NCBI GenBank assembly: GCA_938091905.1
Contig: CALKOM010000191.1
Coordinates: 1 to 37,690, forward strand
DNA: 37,690 nucleotides
Direction of reading: 5' to 3'
DNA from: an uncultured Verrucomicrobiales bacterium
GTDB taxonomy: Bacteria > Verrucomicrobiota > Verrucomicrobiia > Verrucomicrobiales > DEV007
Positions 17,252 to 29,700 of this stretch are shown one piece after another. The position numbers were made by a program, and so were the translations under genes. Position 1 is the first letter of the stretch, and the number at the start of each line of letters is the position of its first letter. A model generated the notes under the pieces. The model was given only the letters and a program-made list of their open reading frames with translations. It searched no databases and was not told the DNA's origin.

Positions 17252-20203
17252 ATGCGCCTCCCTGTTTTGACTTTATTCTGCGTATCCGCATTTGTTGCGA
17301 GTCTCGCTGCCGCTCCATCCTTCCCCGAGGACCAGGTGGCGTTCTTCACCGGAGAAGTGCGACCGATCCTCCAGGCGAATTGCGTGAGATGTCATGGTGG
17401 TGTGGACGGGAATGGCAAGGTCAAGATTCGCAGCGAATTTCAGATCATTAGTCGACTGGGCATTACCACAGGAGGGGCCCTCGGTCCTGCCTTTGATGAG
17501 GCGAAGCCAGAAGACAGCCTTCTGCTTCACATGATCTCGTACAAGGATGAAGAGCATGAAATGCCACCCAGCGGGAAACTTCAAGATCCCGAGATCGCGA
17601 CGCTGACGAAGTGGGTCAAGATGGGTCTTCCTTGGACTCCTGAAGACGCCGATAAGCTTCACCATATCGAGGAAGAGGGAGCGGAGGTTACCGAGATCAA
17701 TGAATTCACCAAGTCTTACTGGTCTTACAAGCCTCTCAAACGCCCAGCGGTGCCTGAGGTGGATTCGCCAGAATGGCAGGAACATCCCATTGATGCCTTT
17801 GTCTACGCCAAGCTGAAAGAGAAAGGATTAAGCCCAAATGCAGAGGCGTCAGCTCCAGTTTTGATCCGTCGAGCCTATCATAACATCACCGGGTTGCCGC
17901 CGACTCCAGATGAGTTGGCGGTGGAGACTAGGGAATTCTCGAAGTCGAGTTGGAGGGGGCTGGTGGATCGCTTGTTAGACTCCCCACACTACGGGGAGAA
18001 ATGGGCTCGGCACTGGTTGGACATCGTTCGCTATGCGGAGTCGAATGGATTCGAGAGGGATTCGAAGAAGGATTTCATTTGGCGCTATCGTGATTACGTC
18101 ATCAATGCGCTTAATGCTGACATACCTTACGACCAATTCATCCGCGAACAGTTAGCAGGGGATGAGATGGACGAGGTGACGCGAGATTCTCTCATTGCCA
18201 CGGGTTATCACCGTCTCATGCAGTGGGACGATGAGCCTGCAGATAGACCCCAGCATGTCTATGATGTCCTCGACGACAATGTAAGGATTACCTCGGAGGG
18301 ATTCCTTGGGATGACGTTGGGCTGCGCGCGTTGTCATGATCACAAGGGCGATCCTATTTCACAGAAGGACTACTACAGCTTCATGGCGTTCTTTCATGGG
18401 GTCACGCAGATGGACAAAGGACGGGTGATCGAGAGTATCGATGTGGCTCTACCGAGTGAGGCCAGGAAGAAGAGATCCAGAGAGCTAAAGGAGCGTCAGG
18501 AGAAGCTGGCCAAGCAGATTCTGGATCTTGAGACGAAAGCCAAAGATAAGCTTGCGGCGTTGGTGCCAAACGAGGCACTCGCGGGAACAAACGCGGTGGC
18601 ACCCCATTTGATCGCAACGTCACGGGATCAACCGCAAAGCTGGCACTACACGGTTGCGAATCCGGGCGATGGTTGGTCTGAGGTTGGGTTTCGACCAAAG
18701 GATTGGAAGGAGGGACTGGCTCCCTTTGGGCGCAACAAGAAGGCCAAGACTAAATGGAAATCGAAAGATATCTGGTTGCAGAAGACGTTTGGCCTAACCA
18801 CGCTGCCAAGTAGCCTCACCCTTCACATTCGCTTTGATAAACGGGTCGAAGTTTACCTGAATGGACAGTTGGTGTATGAAGCTTCGGAGCCTGTCAATGA
18901 CTACAAGCGCGTTGTGTTAGGCGACGAGGCGGTCGCTGCTTTGCAAACTGGACGCAATGTTGTCGCGGTGCATGTCTCGCAGGTTCAGGGGGGAAGGTTT
19001 ATTGATCTTGGATTGGAGGCGTCTTTCGGTGGCGATCAATTGGCGAAGCTTATCAAGAAGCACGAGAAGAAGGTCTTCAACGAAGAAGAGGTGCGCCATT
19101 ATCGTGATTGGCGGCACCAGCTTGAGCGCGTACGTCGCGATGCCTCCGAGAACGGCATGCGCGCGATGATCGTGCAAGAGCATGGCACCACGGCAAAGCC
19201 GATGTATGTCCATCGGCGCGGCAGTGTGCATGCGCCTGGTGAAGAGGTGCCGCCGGCCTTTCCGTCTATCTTTGGTGGCAAAGTGCCACACATTCCTGAG
19301 CCAGGTCCCTATGCGAAGTCGACCGGGCGACGCAAGGTGCTGGCAGACTGGATTGCGAGCGATGACAATCCGCGGACGTCTCGTGTCATGATGAATCGAC
19401 TGTGGCAGCATCACTTTGGCCGGGGGATCTGTCCGTCTCCGAGCGACTTTGGATTCCTCGGAGAAGAAGCCACGCATCCTGAGTTGTTAGATTGGCTGGC
19501 TTGCGAGTTTGTGGAACGAGGCTGGAGTCTCAAAGAGATGCATCGTCTCATCATGAGTTCAAAGACTTATCAGATGTCTTCAAAAGGCAATGAAATCGCT
19601 CTGAATGAAGATCCGCAGAATCTTTGGTTCTGGCGTTTTGGAATGCGTCGCCTCTCTGCCGAGGAAATTCGTGACGGCATGCTAGCTGTGACGGGGCGGC
19701 TCAATCCGAAAAAAGGTGGACCAAGTTTCTTCCCTACCTTGCCTCCAGAAGTTCTCGCCACGTCCTCGACCGGTGCCGGGAAATGGGGTAAGTCCTCGCC
19801 GGAGGAGGAGGCTCGTCGGAGCATCTACATTACGATTAAGCGTTCTCTGAAACCGCCTGAACTTACGGACTTCGATTTCGCGGACACGGACGCACCGTGT
19901 TCGGAGCGCTTCGTCACCACCGTGCCCATTCAAGCTCTTGCGATGCTCAACAGCAAGTCGGTGAATGATCACGCGAAGCACTTAGCAGATCGTCTGCGAA
20001 ATGAGGTCAAGACCGGCGTGCGAGATCAGGTCGCGCGAGGGCTTTCTCTCGTTACTTGTCGTCCTGCGCAGAAGGACGAGATTGATCATTGTGTCGGTAT
20101 GATCGAGACGTTTGAAAAACACCACGGCCTTTCTGAAGCCGATGCCCTGGATCGGTTCTGCCTCCTAGCATTGAATTTGAACGAATTCGTATACCTCGAC
20201 TAG
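17252..20203 (+). CDS. PSD1 / planctomycete cytochrome c domain protein (PSCyt1 + DUF1549 + DUF1553)
   Basis: Signal peptide, FFTGEVRPILQANCVRCH, MPP, HPIDAF, SPHYGEKWARHWLDIVRYAES, CARCHDHK, NRLWQHHFGRG, THPELLDWLA, RRLSAEEIRD, QALAMLN, LNLNEFVYLD. Confidence 0.95.
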   Translation: MRLPVLTLFCVSAFVASLAAAPSFPEDQVAFFTGEVRPILQANCVRCHGGVDGNGKVKIRSEFQIISRLGITTGGALGPAFDEAKPEDSLLLHMISYKDEEHEMPPSGKLQDPEIATLTKWVKMGLPWTPEDADKLHHIEEEGAEVTEINEFTKSYWSYKPLKRPAVPEVDSPEWQEHPIDAFVYAKLKEKGLSPNAEASAPVLIRRAYHNITGLPPTPDELAVETREFSKSSWRGLVDRLLDSPHYGEKWARHWLDIVRYAESNGFERDSKKDFIWRYRDYVINALNADIPYDQFIREQLAGDEMDEVTRDSLIATGYHRLMQWDDEPADRPQHVYDVLDDNVRITSEGFLGMTLGCARCHDHKGDPISQKDYYSFMAFFHGVTQMDKGRVIESIDVALPSEARKKRSRELKERQEKLAKQILDLETKAKDKLAALVPNEALAGTNAVAPHLIATSRDQPQSWHYTVANPGDGWSEVGFRPKDWKEGLAPFGRNKKAKTKWKSKDIWLQKTFGLTTLPSSLTLHIRFDKRVEVYLNGQLVYEASEPVNDYKRVVLGDEAVAALQTGRNVVAVHVSQVQGGRFIDLGLEASFGGDQLAKLIKKHEKKVFNEEEVRHYRDWRHQLERVRRDASENGMRAMIVQEHGTTAKPMYVHRRGSVHAPGEEVPPAFPSIFGGKVPHIPEPGPYAKSTGRRKVLADWIASDDNPRTSRVMMNRLWQHHFGRGICPSPSDFGFLGEEATHPELLDWLACEFVERGWSLKEMHRLIMSSKTYQMSSKGNEIALNEDPQNLWFWRFGMRRLSAEEIRDGMLAVTGRLNPKKGGPSFFPTLPPEVLATSSTGAGKWGKSSPEEEARRSIYITIKRSLKPPELTDFDFADTDAPCSERFVTTVPIQALAMLNSKSVNDHAKHLADRLRNEVKTGVRDQVARGLSLVTCRPAQKDEIDHCVGMIETFEKHHGLSEADALDRFCLLALNLNEFVYLD

Positions 20204-20231
20204 ATTAGTATTGTTTAGCCCCTTTTAAATC

Positions 20232-21677
<1,446 letters not shown>

Positions 21678-21779
21678 CCGGCGAGCATCATGGCGTCGCG
21701 GTGGAGGTCTGGCATCGCTGGTTATGAACCATGACACCCAGGCTCGCCATGACGTCTTATGGTGTGGTAATCCTGCCAC

Positions 21780-23312
21780 ATGCGTGAACGACTAGCGATA
21801 GGCTTTGTGATTCTTTGGGGAGTTTGTCCTCTGCTGAGGGCAACTGCCCCGAACATTCTCTTCATCTTAGCCGATGACCTCGGCTATGGCGATGTTGGGT
21901 GTTACAATCCCGATTCGAAGATACCGACGCCAAACTTGGATCAGTTGGCCAAGGATGGCATGCGCTTCACGGATGCACACAGTCCGTCTACGGTGTGCAC
22001 GCCGACGCGGTATAGTATCCTGACCGGACGCATGGCGTTTCGTACGGGCTTTCGAGGCGTTTTCGCCGGCGTGGGTGGGCCCTGCATGATCGAGCCAGAG
22101 CGATTGACCTTGCCAGGCATGCTCCGAGAGAATGGCTATGCGACGGCACTCTTCGGCAAGTGGCATGTCGGCATGAGCTTCATGGATAAGGACGGGAATC
22201 GAATTAACGAGCGCGGTGTGGAAGGCGTGGGGCAAATCGATTACTCACGCCCTGTGTTAGATTCGCCGATCCATCGTGGCTTTGATCAGTTCTACGGCAC
22301 TGTCTGCTGCCCAACAACAGATTGGCTCTACGCCTACATGGAAGGGGATCGTATTCCTGTGCCACCGACAGATGTCATTGATAAGACGAATTTACCAAAA
22401 CATCCATACGCCAATGACAATCGGTCAGGACTGATCGCCCCTAACTTTGATGTCGAGGAGGTGGATCTCGTCTTTTTGGAGAAGAGCCAGCAGTTTATTC
22501 GCGACCATGTGAAGGTCGCGCCTGAGAAACCGTTCTTTCTCTTTCACTCTATGCAAGCGGTGCATCTGCCGTCATTCCCTGCTGATCGCTTCAAAGGCAA
22601 GACTAGTTCTGGGCCGCATGGTGATTTCCTCTTCGAGATGGATTGGATAGTTGGCGAGCTAATGAAGACTCTGCACGAGCTCGGCATCGCGGAGAATACC
22701 CTTGTGATGTTCGCCTCGGACAACGGGCCTGAGGTGCCCACGGTCATTGCGATGCGCCGCGATTATAAACACGATGGTGCTAAGCCATGGCGGGGAGTGA
22801 AGCGAGATCAATGGGAAGGTGGGCATCGTACGCCATTCCTTGTCCGTTGGCCTGGGGTGGTGACTCCTGGCACGGTCAGTGATCAGCTCTTGAGCCTAAC
22901 GGATATCTTTGCGACTTGTGCCGCCATTGTGGACTCGGATGTTCCGAACGAAGCAGCGGAGGATAGCTACGACGTACTGCCGGTTCTGAAGGGCGCTGCA
23001 GAGGGCGTCGCTGTTCGTCCCTACATTCTCCAGCAAACGATCTCTCTTGCCTTGTCGATTCGACAAGGTGCGTGGAAGTACCTGGACCACCAAGGTTCCG
23101 GTGGGAACAATTACACAAAGGATGGGCCCTGGGGAATGAAGTCGTTTGCCTTACCTGAGACGGATTTATCAGCGCCTGGGCAACTCTACGATCTACGGAA
23201 TGATCCCGGTGAAACGACGAATCTTTATACCAAGCACCCGGATAAAGTGCGGCATTTGAAAGCGCTGCTCGAGGCTTCCAACACCGCTGGGCGAAGTGCC
23301 CCGCTACGGTAG
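21780..23312 (+). CDS. Exported arylsulfatase (Cys-type S1 sulfatase)
   Basis: Motifs PNILFILADDLGYGD, VCTPTRYSILTGR, GKWHVG, AVHLP, SDNG, WEGGHRTP, QLYDLRNDPGE. Confidence 0.95.
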   Translation: MRERLAIGFVILWGVCPLLRATAPNILFILADDLGYGDVGCYNPDSKIPTPNLDQLAKDGMRFTDAHSPSTVCTPTRYSILTGRMAFRTGFRGVFAGVGGPCMIEPERLTLPGMLRENGYATALFGKWHVGMSFMDKDGNRINERGVEGVGQIDYSRPVLDSPIHRGFDQFYGTVCCPTTDWLYAYMEGDRIPVPPTDVIDKTNLPKHPYANDNRSGLIAPNFDVEEVDLVFLEKSQQFIRDHVKVAPEKPFFLFHSMQAVHLPSFPADRFKGKTSSGPHGDFLFEMDWIVGELMKTLHELGIAENTLVMFASDNGPEVPTVIAMRRDYKHDGAKPWRGVKRDQWEGGHRTPFLVRWPGVVTPGTVSDQLLSLTDIFATCAAIVDSDVPNEAAEDSYDVLPVLKGAAEGVAVRPYILQQTISLALSIRQGAWKYLDHQGSGGNNYTKDGPWGMKSFALPETDLSAPGQLYDLRNDPGETTNLYTKHPDKVRHLKALLEASNTAGRSAPLR

Positions 23313-23320
23313 TGGCTCGG

Positions 23321-25450
23321 CTAAGCGACGGTCTCGTCTTCCACGCCGATGTGCATCCATTTCTTGAGAAGGGGTGTCAGGGCAAGGCAGAGGACGGCCG
23401 TGCCTAAAGTGACCAGTCCGATCCAGCCGTAGACATTTCCGTAGATAGAAACGGTCTCTTTTGGGATGGGAATCGATGTGGAATCACCATGCGAAACGTT
23501 GGTTAGGCCCGCGATCTGACCACCGACAAAGTTCGCTAGTGCGGTGGCGATGAACCAGGCTCCCATGACAGTACTCACGATCTTGGTAGGTGAGAGCTTC
23601 GTCACCATGGAAAGGCCAACCGGTGAGAGGCAGAGTTCACCGGTCGTGTGCAGGAGATAGCCTAACAGCAGCCAATGAAGGGCAACCATACCACGGTCGT
23701 CCGCGATGAAAGCTCCGTACCACAATGCCGCAAAGCCCAAGCCCAGCTGAAGGAAACTGAAAGCGAATTTCATAGGCGTCGTGGGCTCCTTGCCACGCTG
23801 ACCAAGGAAGGTCCAGAGCGTGCTGAAGACCAAGCCGAAGAGAAGAATGAAGATCGGATTGGCCGCTTGGAACTCTGAAGCTGGGATCTCCGAGCCTTTG
23901 CCGGCCTCAACGATTCCCATGCCGAGGTGTTGGTCAGTCAGGTTCCACGTGACGCGATCAACCGGAGCCTCGGCTGGATCTTCAGCTGTCATAGCCTCTC
24001 GCAGCTCTGTCAGTGTTGTCATGGTGAAGTCCTCGTCGCCGTTGGCGTAGCCGAGTTGTTCTTGGGAAAGCAGAGGCAATGTAGCTAGCTCACTATCATC
24101 CGTTTTGATAGGTACGCGGAATGTGAGGGTAGTTCCGATGTCTTCCTGACCGATGGTCCGGCTTTCGCTGGTCCTATCAACGTTTCGGTCGGTAAAGTTG
24201 TTGATCGAGCTTCCCGCTTGTTCGAAGAAGGCCCAGAATAGAACCGAGAAGAAGGTTAGAATGAGAACGACGAAGAGACGCTCGCGCTCTACTTTCTTGC
24301 TATTGACCGCACAGATGAAAATCGAACCAAAGGCGATGATGACCAAAGAGTAGAGAACGATGCCAGCCAATCCGCCTTGCTGCATGATTACTGTAAGAAG
24401 AGGGACAATGCCTGCGATGCCGACGAAGATGGCTTGCTTGGCCGTCACCCAGGGCAGCGCGATTGCAGATGCCGCCATGATCCCAAGGGCCCAGAGTTCC
24501 CAACTCGAATCACGATGGAACCAGCCGTAGAGGAGTGCCAGGATGGCGACTACGCCGTAATAGATCGGGAGATGCTTACTCAGAATCGGAGCTGCGCGTT
24601 GCTTGAGGCGCTCGATAGAGGGTGGGCCACCGACCTCTTTTGGAATACCACCCTTTGTCAGGGCGATGGTGGCGATGACGCCAGAAATCAGCAATGCCAG
24701 TCCAAGGAAGATTCGAGCGCCGACTTGTAGGCTACTGATATCTGCCAAAGGCGTATTCACTCCCATCATCTGAACGGCTGTCTGCTCTAGCTGCGTCTGG
24801 AAGATCATCGAGAGTGCGGTGACGACAGCACCTCCAAGGATCAAGGCTTGTGTGAGTCTCGTGGGGGCGATGAAGATGGCGACGCCGATGAGCATGCCCA
24901 TCGTGGCCAAGCCAAACCCGTAGTGCCATCCGTAGGTCTCGCCGACATAACCGCAAGCGATGGGAGAGATGGCCGCTCCGAGGTTGATGCCCATGTAGAA
25001 CAACGTGAATCCCGCATCTTTCCGCTGGCTAGCTTTAGGATAAAGGCTGCCTACCATCGTGGAGATGTTAGGTTTAAAGAAGCCATTTCCTACGATTAGC
25101 AAGGCCAGGGCAATGAAGAAGATGATCTCATTCTCAAACGTCATGGCGAGGTGGCCGGCCGACATCAACAGACCGCCGACGACGACAGCGAATCGCTGCC
25201 CGAGGAGTCGATCTGCCAGCATGCCCCCAATGAATGGAGTGGCATATACAAGCCCAGTGTAGGCGCCATAGACCGAGTACGCCTGCTCGTCGTTGTAGCC
25301 GAGAAATCCTTTGATCATATAGAAGACCAGCAACGCCCGCATCCCATAATAGGAGAAGCGTTCCCACATCTCGGCGAAGAAGAGAGTGAAGAGGCCGGGA
25401 GGATGGCCGAGCAGGGTGGGGGAGGGATCGGAGGAAGACGTGCCGTTCAT
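23321..25450 (-). CDS. POT/PTR family proton-dependent oligopeptide MFS transporter, enlarged (709 aa)
   Basis: Motifs GHPPGLFTLFFAEMWERFSYYGMRA (ExxERFxYY), GNGFFKPNIS, FYMGINLGA, FWAFFEQAGSS, FQAANP, GELCLSPVGLS. Confidence 0.95.
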   Translation of the reverse strand: MNGTSSSDPSPTLLGHPPGLFTLFFAEMWERFSYYGMRALLVFYMIKGFLGYNDEQAYSVYGAYTGLVYATPFIGGMLADRLLGQRFAVVVGGLLMSAGHLAMTFENEIIFFIALALLIVGNGFFKPNISTMVGSLYPKASQRKDAGFTLFYMGINLGAAISPIACGYVGETYGWHYGFGLATMGMLIGVAIFIAPTRLTQALILGGAVVTALSMIFQTQLEQTAVQMMGVNTPLADISSLQVGARIFLGLALLISGVIATIALTKGGIPKEVGGPPSIERLKQRAAPILSKHLPIYYGVVAILALLYGWFHRDSSWELWALGIMAASAIALPWVTAKQAIFVGIAGIVPLLTVIMQQGGLAGIVLYSLVIIAFGSIFICAVNSKKVERERLFVVLILTFFSVLFWAFFEQAGSSINNFTDRNVDRTSESRTIGQEDIGTTLTFRVPIKTDDSELATLPLLSQEQLGYANGDEDFTMTTLTELREAMTAEDPAEAPVDRVTWNLTDQHLGMGIVEAGKGSEIPASEFQAANPIFILLFGLVFSTLWTFLGQRGKEPTTPMKFAFSFLQLGLGFAALWYGAFIADDRGMVALHWLLLGYLLHTTGELCLSPVGLSMVTKLSPTKIVSTVMGAWFIATALANFVGGQIAGLTNVSHGDSTSIPIPKETVSIYGNVYGWIGLVTLGTAVLCLALTPLLKKWMHIGVEDETVA

Positions 25451-25712
25451 GAGTGTTCATGGTTTAGCGACTTCTGCCGCGGATTCAATGCTATTCGACG
25501 CGGCCAGTGAGACGGGGCGTAGCGACTTTGTGTCGGGGGTGCGGAGAATTCTTGATGACTTCTTGAATAGAGTTCAGAGAGGCGGCGTCTCTCTTTTATC
25601 ACGCTTGGTAGAGCGCTCGCCTAGCAGGAATTTGTCGCACAACGGTTAGACCGAGAAGCCTTTCTCGGCCGGAAGTTGGTGCGACTTCACCCTCTAACAG
25701 CTCTGAACTATC

Positions 25713-26447
25713 ATGAAGACCCTCGTATGTGCTTGGCCAATTGTTGTAATATCTTTGATAGGTTTACTTGCCTCTCTCGAGGCCTACACAGTGATCATCG
25801 ACCCCGGCCACGGCGGTTCCGATCCAGGTGCGGTGCGTCCGGGGGCCTATGAGAAGCAGCTCACACTTTCGACTTCCGTCATGCTCGCTGCCGAACTACG
25901 CCGCCTGGGCGTTCCCTACGTCATGACGCGCTATAGCGACGAGACGTGCTCATTGATCTCACGCCGCGACTTGGCGGCACGCTATCCCGGTAGTGTGTTT
26001 GTCAGCATCCACTACAATGCCGCCCAGAGTACAGCCGCAAGTGGTATCGAAACCTTCTACCACGGGACGAGTGGTCGGGCTTTAGGGGCCCAGGTCCAAC
26101 GTGCTCTCATCTACATGACCGGTGCGCCAAATCGCGGACTCAAGAAACGCGGATTCAAAGTGCTGGCAAAGAATCCTGCTCGGGCGGCCATTCTCGTCGA
26201 GGGTGGATTCATTTCGAATGCGTGGGAGCGTCGGCGTTGTCAGGATCCACGCTACCAGCTAGCGGTGGCCCAAGGTATTGTGATGGGGCTGGTTGACACC
26301 TTTGGTCGACCAAAGCGCGGCGGGGGTGCTCAGCAACTCCAGACCGTGCATCAGGTTGCGGCTGCTCGTCCTACTCGGAGTTCACGGGCACGTCGGGGAG
26401 TTGTTGTGACGACATTCTCAGCGACACTAGGCCGCCGGAGGCGCTGA
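25713..26447 (+). CDS. N-acetylmuramoyl-L-alanine amidase (Amidase_3)
   Basis: Signal peptide; Zn-ligand motifs IIDPGHGGSDPGA, EK, FVSIHYNA, GIETFY, AILVEGGFISN; Arg-rich tail. Confidence 0.93.
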   Translation: MKTLVCAWPIVVISLIGLLASLEAYTVIIDPGHGGSDPGAVRPGAYEKQLTLSTSVMLAAELRRLGVPYVMTRYSDETCSLISRRDLAARYPGSVFVSIHYNAAQSTAASGIETFYHGTSGRALGAQVQRALIYMTGAPNRGLKKRGFKVLAKNPARAAILVEGGFISNAWERRRCQDPRYQLAVAQGIVMGLVDTFGRPKRGGGAQQLQTVHQVAAARPTRSSRARRGVVVTTFSATLGRRRR

Positions 26448-26599
26448 ATCTTCTATCGAGGAATTTCAAATATTTACGGAAATTTCAGAAACTAGGCTTG
26501 GTAAAGTTGTCGTCATTTCCTTATTTGAAATCCCGTTGGGAACGTACAGATTCCGGCGTGGCCTTATATCTGGGCTGCACTTGCCAAATGCCTCTATTC

Positions 26600-26628
26600 T
26601 TGACACCCACCAAGCACCTGACTGTGAT
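26600..26628 (+). promoter_or_regulatory. Candidate sigma70 promoter of gltB
   Basis: TTGACA (26600-26605), 17-bp spacer, TGTGAT (26623-26628), preceded by an AT-rich stretch; ~136 bp upstream of the gltB start. Confidence 0.5.
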
Positions 26629-26764
26629 GAAGGTTCCCCCTCGGGACCGATCTGAGCGCTTGGAGAGGTTTTAAACGGCACTCGCGGGACGGCACGGGAC
26701 TTGCGTCATTGACGTAACCTAGGGTGACCTGCCTCCACTTCTCAACAACGACCTGACTTTCGAA

Positions 26765-29700
26765 ATGATGAACAGACACTACCAAACTCAGCTTCCCAGC
26801 GGGACCCTTCACCGATTTGAGGACGAACACGATGCTTGTGGCGTGGGCTTCGTGGCTCAGGTGGATGGCGTTGCCAGTCATCAGATTGTGAAATACGGCG
26901 TGGAGAGCGTGTGCAATGTCACCCACCGCGGGGCGGTAGATGCGGATGGCAAGACGGGCGATGGTGCAGGGGTGTCGACTCAGATTCCTTTCAAGCTGTT
27001 CAAGCCGGAACTGGACAAGCTTGGCGTCACGTTGGAAGACCCCTCAGCTTTGGGAATCGGAATGTTCTTTCTTCCGCGTGAAGACGGCGCTCAGCAACTC
27101 AAGGCGAAGGTCCTGGCCGAAGGCGTGCTGAGGAATCGTGGAGTGGCTGTCTATGGATGGCGCGAAGTACCAGTGAATCCGAAGGAACTTGGCGATACGG
27201 CACTGGCCTCTCGGCCGGATATCCTCCAATTGATGATTGGGCGACCAGACGGCGAGAGCAGCGAGGCTTTCGAGCGGACGTTGTTTCTTGCTCGTCGTGA
27301 AATCGAAATCAAGGCACAGCAAGAGGGCATCACTCCCTTCTACATCGCCTCTCTTTCGGCACGTTTGCTCAGTTACAAGGGGCTTATGGTGGCCTCTGCT
27401 TTGGATAATTTCTACGGTGACTTGTGCAACCCTGACTTCGAGTCAGCGATCTGTCTCTATCACCAGCGGTTCAGCACGAACACGTTCCCGACTTGGTCGC
27501 TCGGTCAGCCCTTCCGCATGCTGGCGCATAATGGTGAGATCAACACCCTGCGAGGCAATCGGAACTGGTTCAATTCACGGGCGAGCGACTTTGCAAGTGA
27601 GGTAGATTGTTGGACGGAGAAAGACGTGCCATTGTTTAAGGATCTGCTCGATCCCGATGCCTCCGATTCTGCTAGTTTGGATGGTGCTCTTGAGTTGCTC
27701 GTTCTGAGTGGGCGTTCTGTGGAGCATTCCATGGCGATGCTCGTGCCTCCTGCTTGGAGAATTGACCCCTACACCTCAGAAGAGGAAAAAGCGTTCTATC
27801 AATATCACCGTTGCTTCAGTGAGCCCTGGGATGGGCCGGCGGCGCTGGCGTTCTCTGATGGCCTTACCGTGGCGGCTTCGCTCGATCGAAATGGTCTCCG
27901 CCCAATGCGATTCAAGCATACGAGTGATGGCATCTTCACGGTGGGTTCCGAGGTGGGAGTGATTCATTTGGATGATGCCAAGGTGATTGCCAAAGGACGT
28001 CTCGCTCCAGGCGAGATGGTTTCTGTCAATACGGTTACTGGTGAGGTCCAGTATAACAATGAAATCAAAGAAGGCTTGGCAAAGAGTCAGCCGTACGGAG
28101 AGTGGTTGAAGAATAGGATCAATCTAGACGATGAAGTTTCTGCTGATCCCGAGCCTGGCGCTGCCAATGGCATTGATCCGCTCTCCCGTTGGCAGAGTCA
28201 GACGGCGAATGGCTACACGGACGAGGAGTTGAACATGTCGATCACTCCGATGATTGCTGCCGGGCAGGAGGCCACCTACTCAATGGGCGATGACACGCCG
28301 TTAAGCGTGCTTTCGTATCAGCCGCGACTTCTATACACCTACTTTAAGCAGCTCTTCGCGCAGGTGACGAACCCGCCGATCGATCCAATCCGCGAGCGTC
28401 TCGTCATGTCGATCAGTGCGGATCTCGGTCCGGAAGGCAATTTGCTGACAGAGACACCAGGGCATGCTCGGGTCATCCATTTGGAGAGTCCGTTCCTATT
28501 CCCGCATCAGTTAGCTGCTCTCAAAACGCTGAACTCGGAATATACCACGGCAGAGCTCGATATCACCTGGCCGGTCAGCGAGGGAGCGGCCGGGCTCAAG
28601 AAAGCTGTGGATGCCTTGCGTGCTGCAGCGGAGAAGGCCTGTGACGATGGCGTAAAATTGATCGTTCTGACAGACAAAGCGGCAAGTCATGCACGTGCGG
28701 CCATGCCATCGCTGGTGGCGACGGGTGCGGTGCACCAGCATCTCATCCGTAGTGAGAAACGCATGGACGTGAGCCTCATACTGGAGAGTGCTGAGCCTCG
28801 AGATACCCACCAGATGGCTTGTCTCTTTGGTTATGGTGTTACGGCGATTTGTCCCTACTTAGCCTTCCAAACGATCGGTGAGATCTTTGAAAAAGATCAA
28901 ACCGTACGGAAGCCGAAGTTATCGGCAGTCACTGACATTACTCAGGGATTGAAAAACTATCGCTCGGCCTTGGAGAAGGGTGTGCTGAAGATCATGTCCA
29001 AGATGGGCATCTCGGTGCTGAACAGTTACCAGGGGGCACAAATCTTTGAGGCTATCGGGCTTAGTGAGAACTTTATTGGCGAATGCTTCGACGGGACGCC
29101 TTCGCAGATTGACGGCATCGACTTTGCAGACGTCGCCATGGAGACGCTAGCTCGCCATCAGGCTGCCTATGGTGCTGCTGTTCCTGAAGACGTTTCCAAG
29201 CTTAAGCTTGGCGATCCCGGGAATTACCGCTGGCGTCGGAATGGTGAGATTCATGCGATTGCCAATCCCATGCTCAAGAACTTCCACACCTTTGTGAGGG
29301 AGAATGATCCTGACAAATACGAAAAGTATTTAGAGGATGTGCTCGCGAATCGACCTATTTCTCTCCACGACATGTGGGAATTCGTGCCTTCCGGAAACGC
29401 AATTCCTGTGGAGGATGTGGAGCCGATTGAGGACATTCGCGTGCGCTTCACGACGGCAGCGATGTCGCTTGGTGCGCTCAGCCCCGAGGCCCACGAGACA
29501 CTGGCCATTGCCATGAATCGTATCGGTGGCAAGTCAGACTCCGGCGAGGGTGGTGAATCTGCCGAACGCTTCAATTCAGAGCGCAACAGCAAGATCAAGC
29601 AGGTTGCTTCGGGTCGCTTTGGTGTTCACGCTGAATATCTTGCCAGCGCCGACGAGATCGAGATCAAGATGGCGCAGGGAGCGAAGCCTGGTGAAGGCGG

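Noticed and set aside
21678..21779. Short inverted repeats (GGCGAGC/GCTCGCC, TCATGGCG/CGCCATGA) between DUF1501 and the sulfatase
   Set aside because: The arms are short, widely spaced and mutually exclusive, there is no U-tract, and I saw no other copy.
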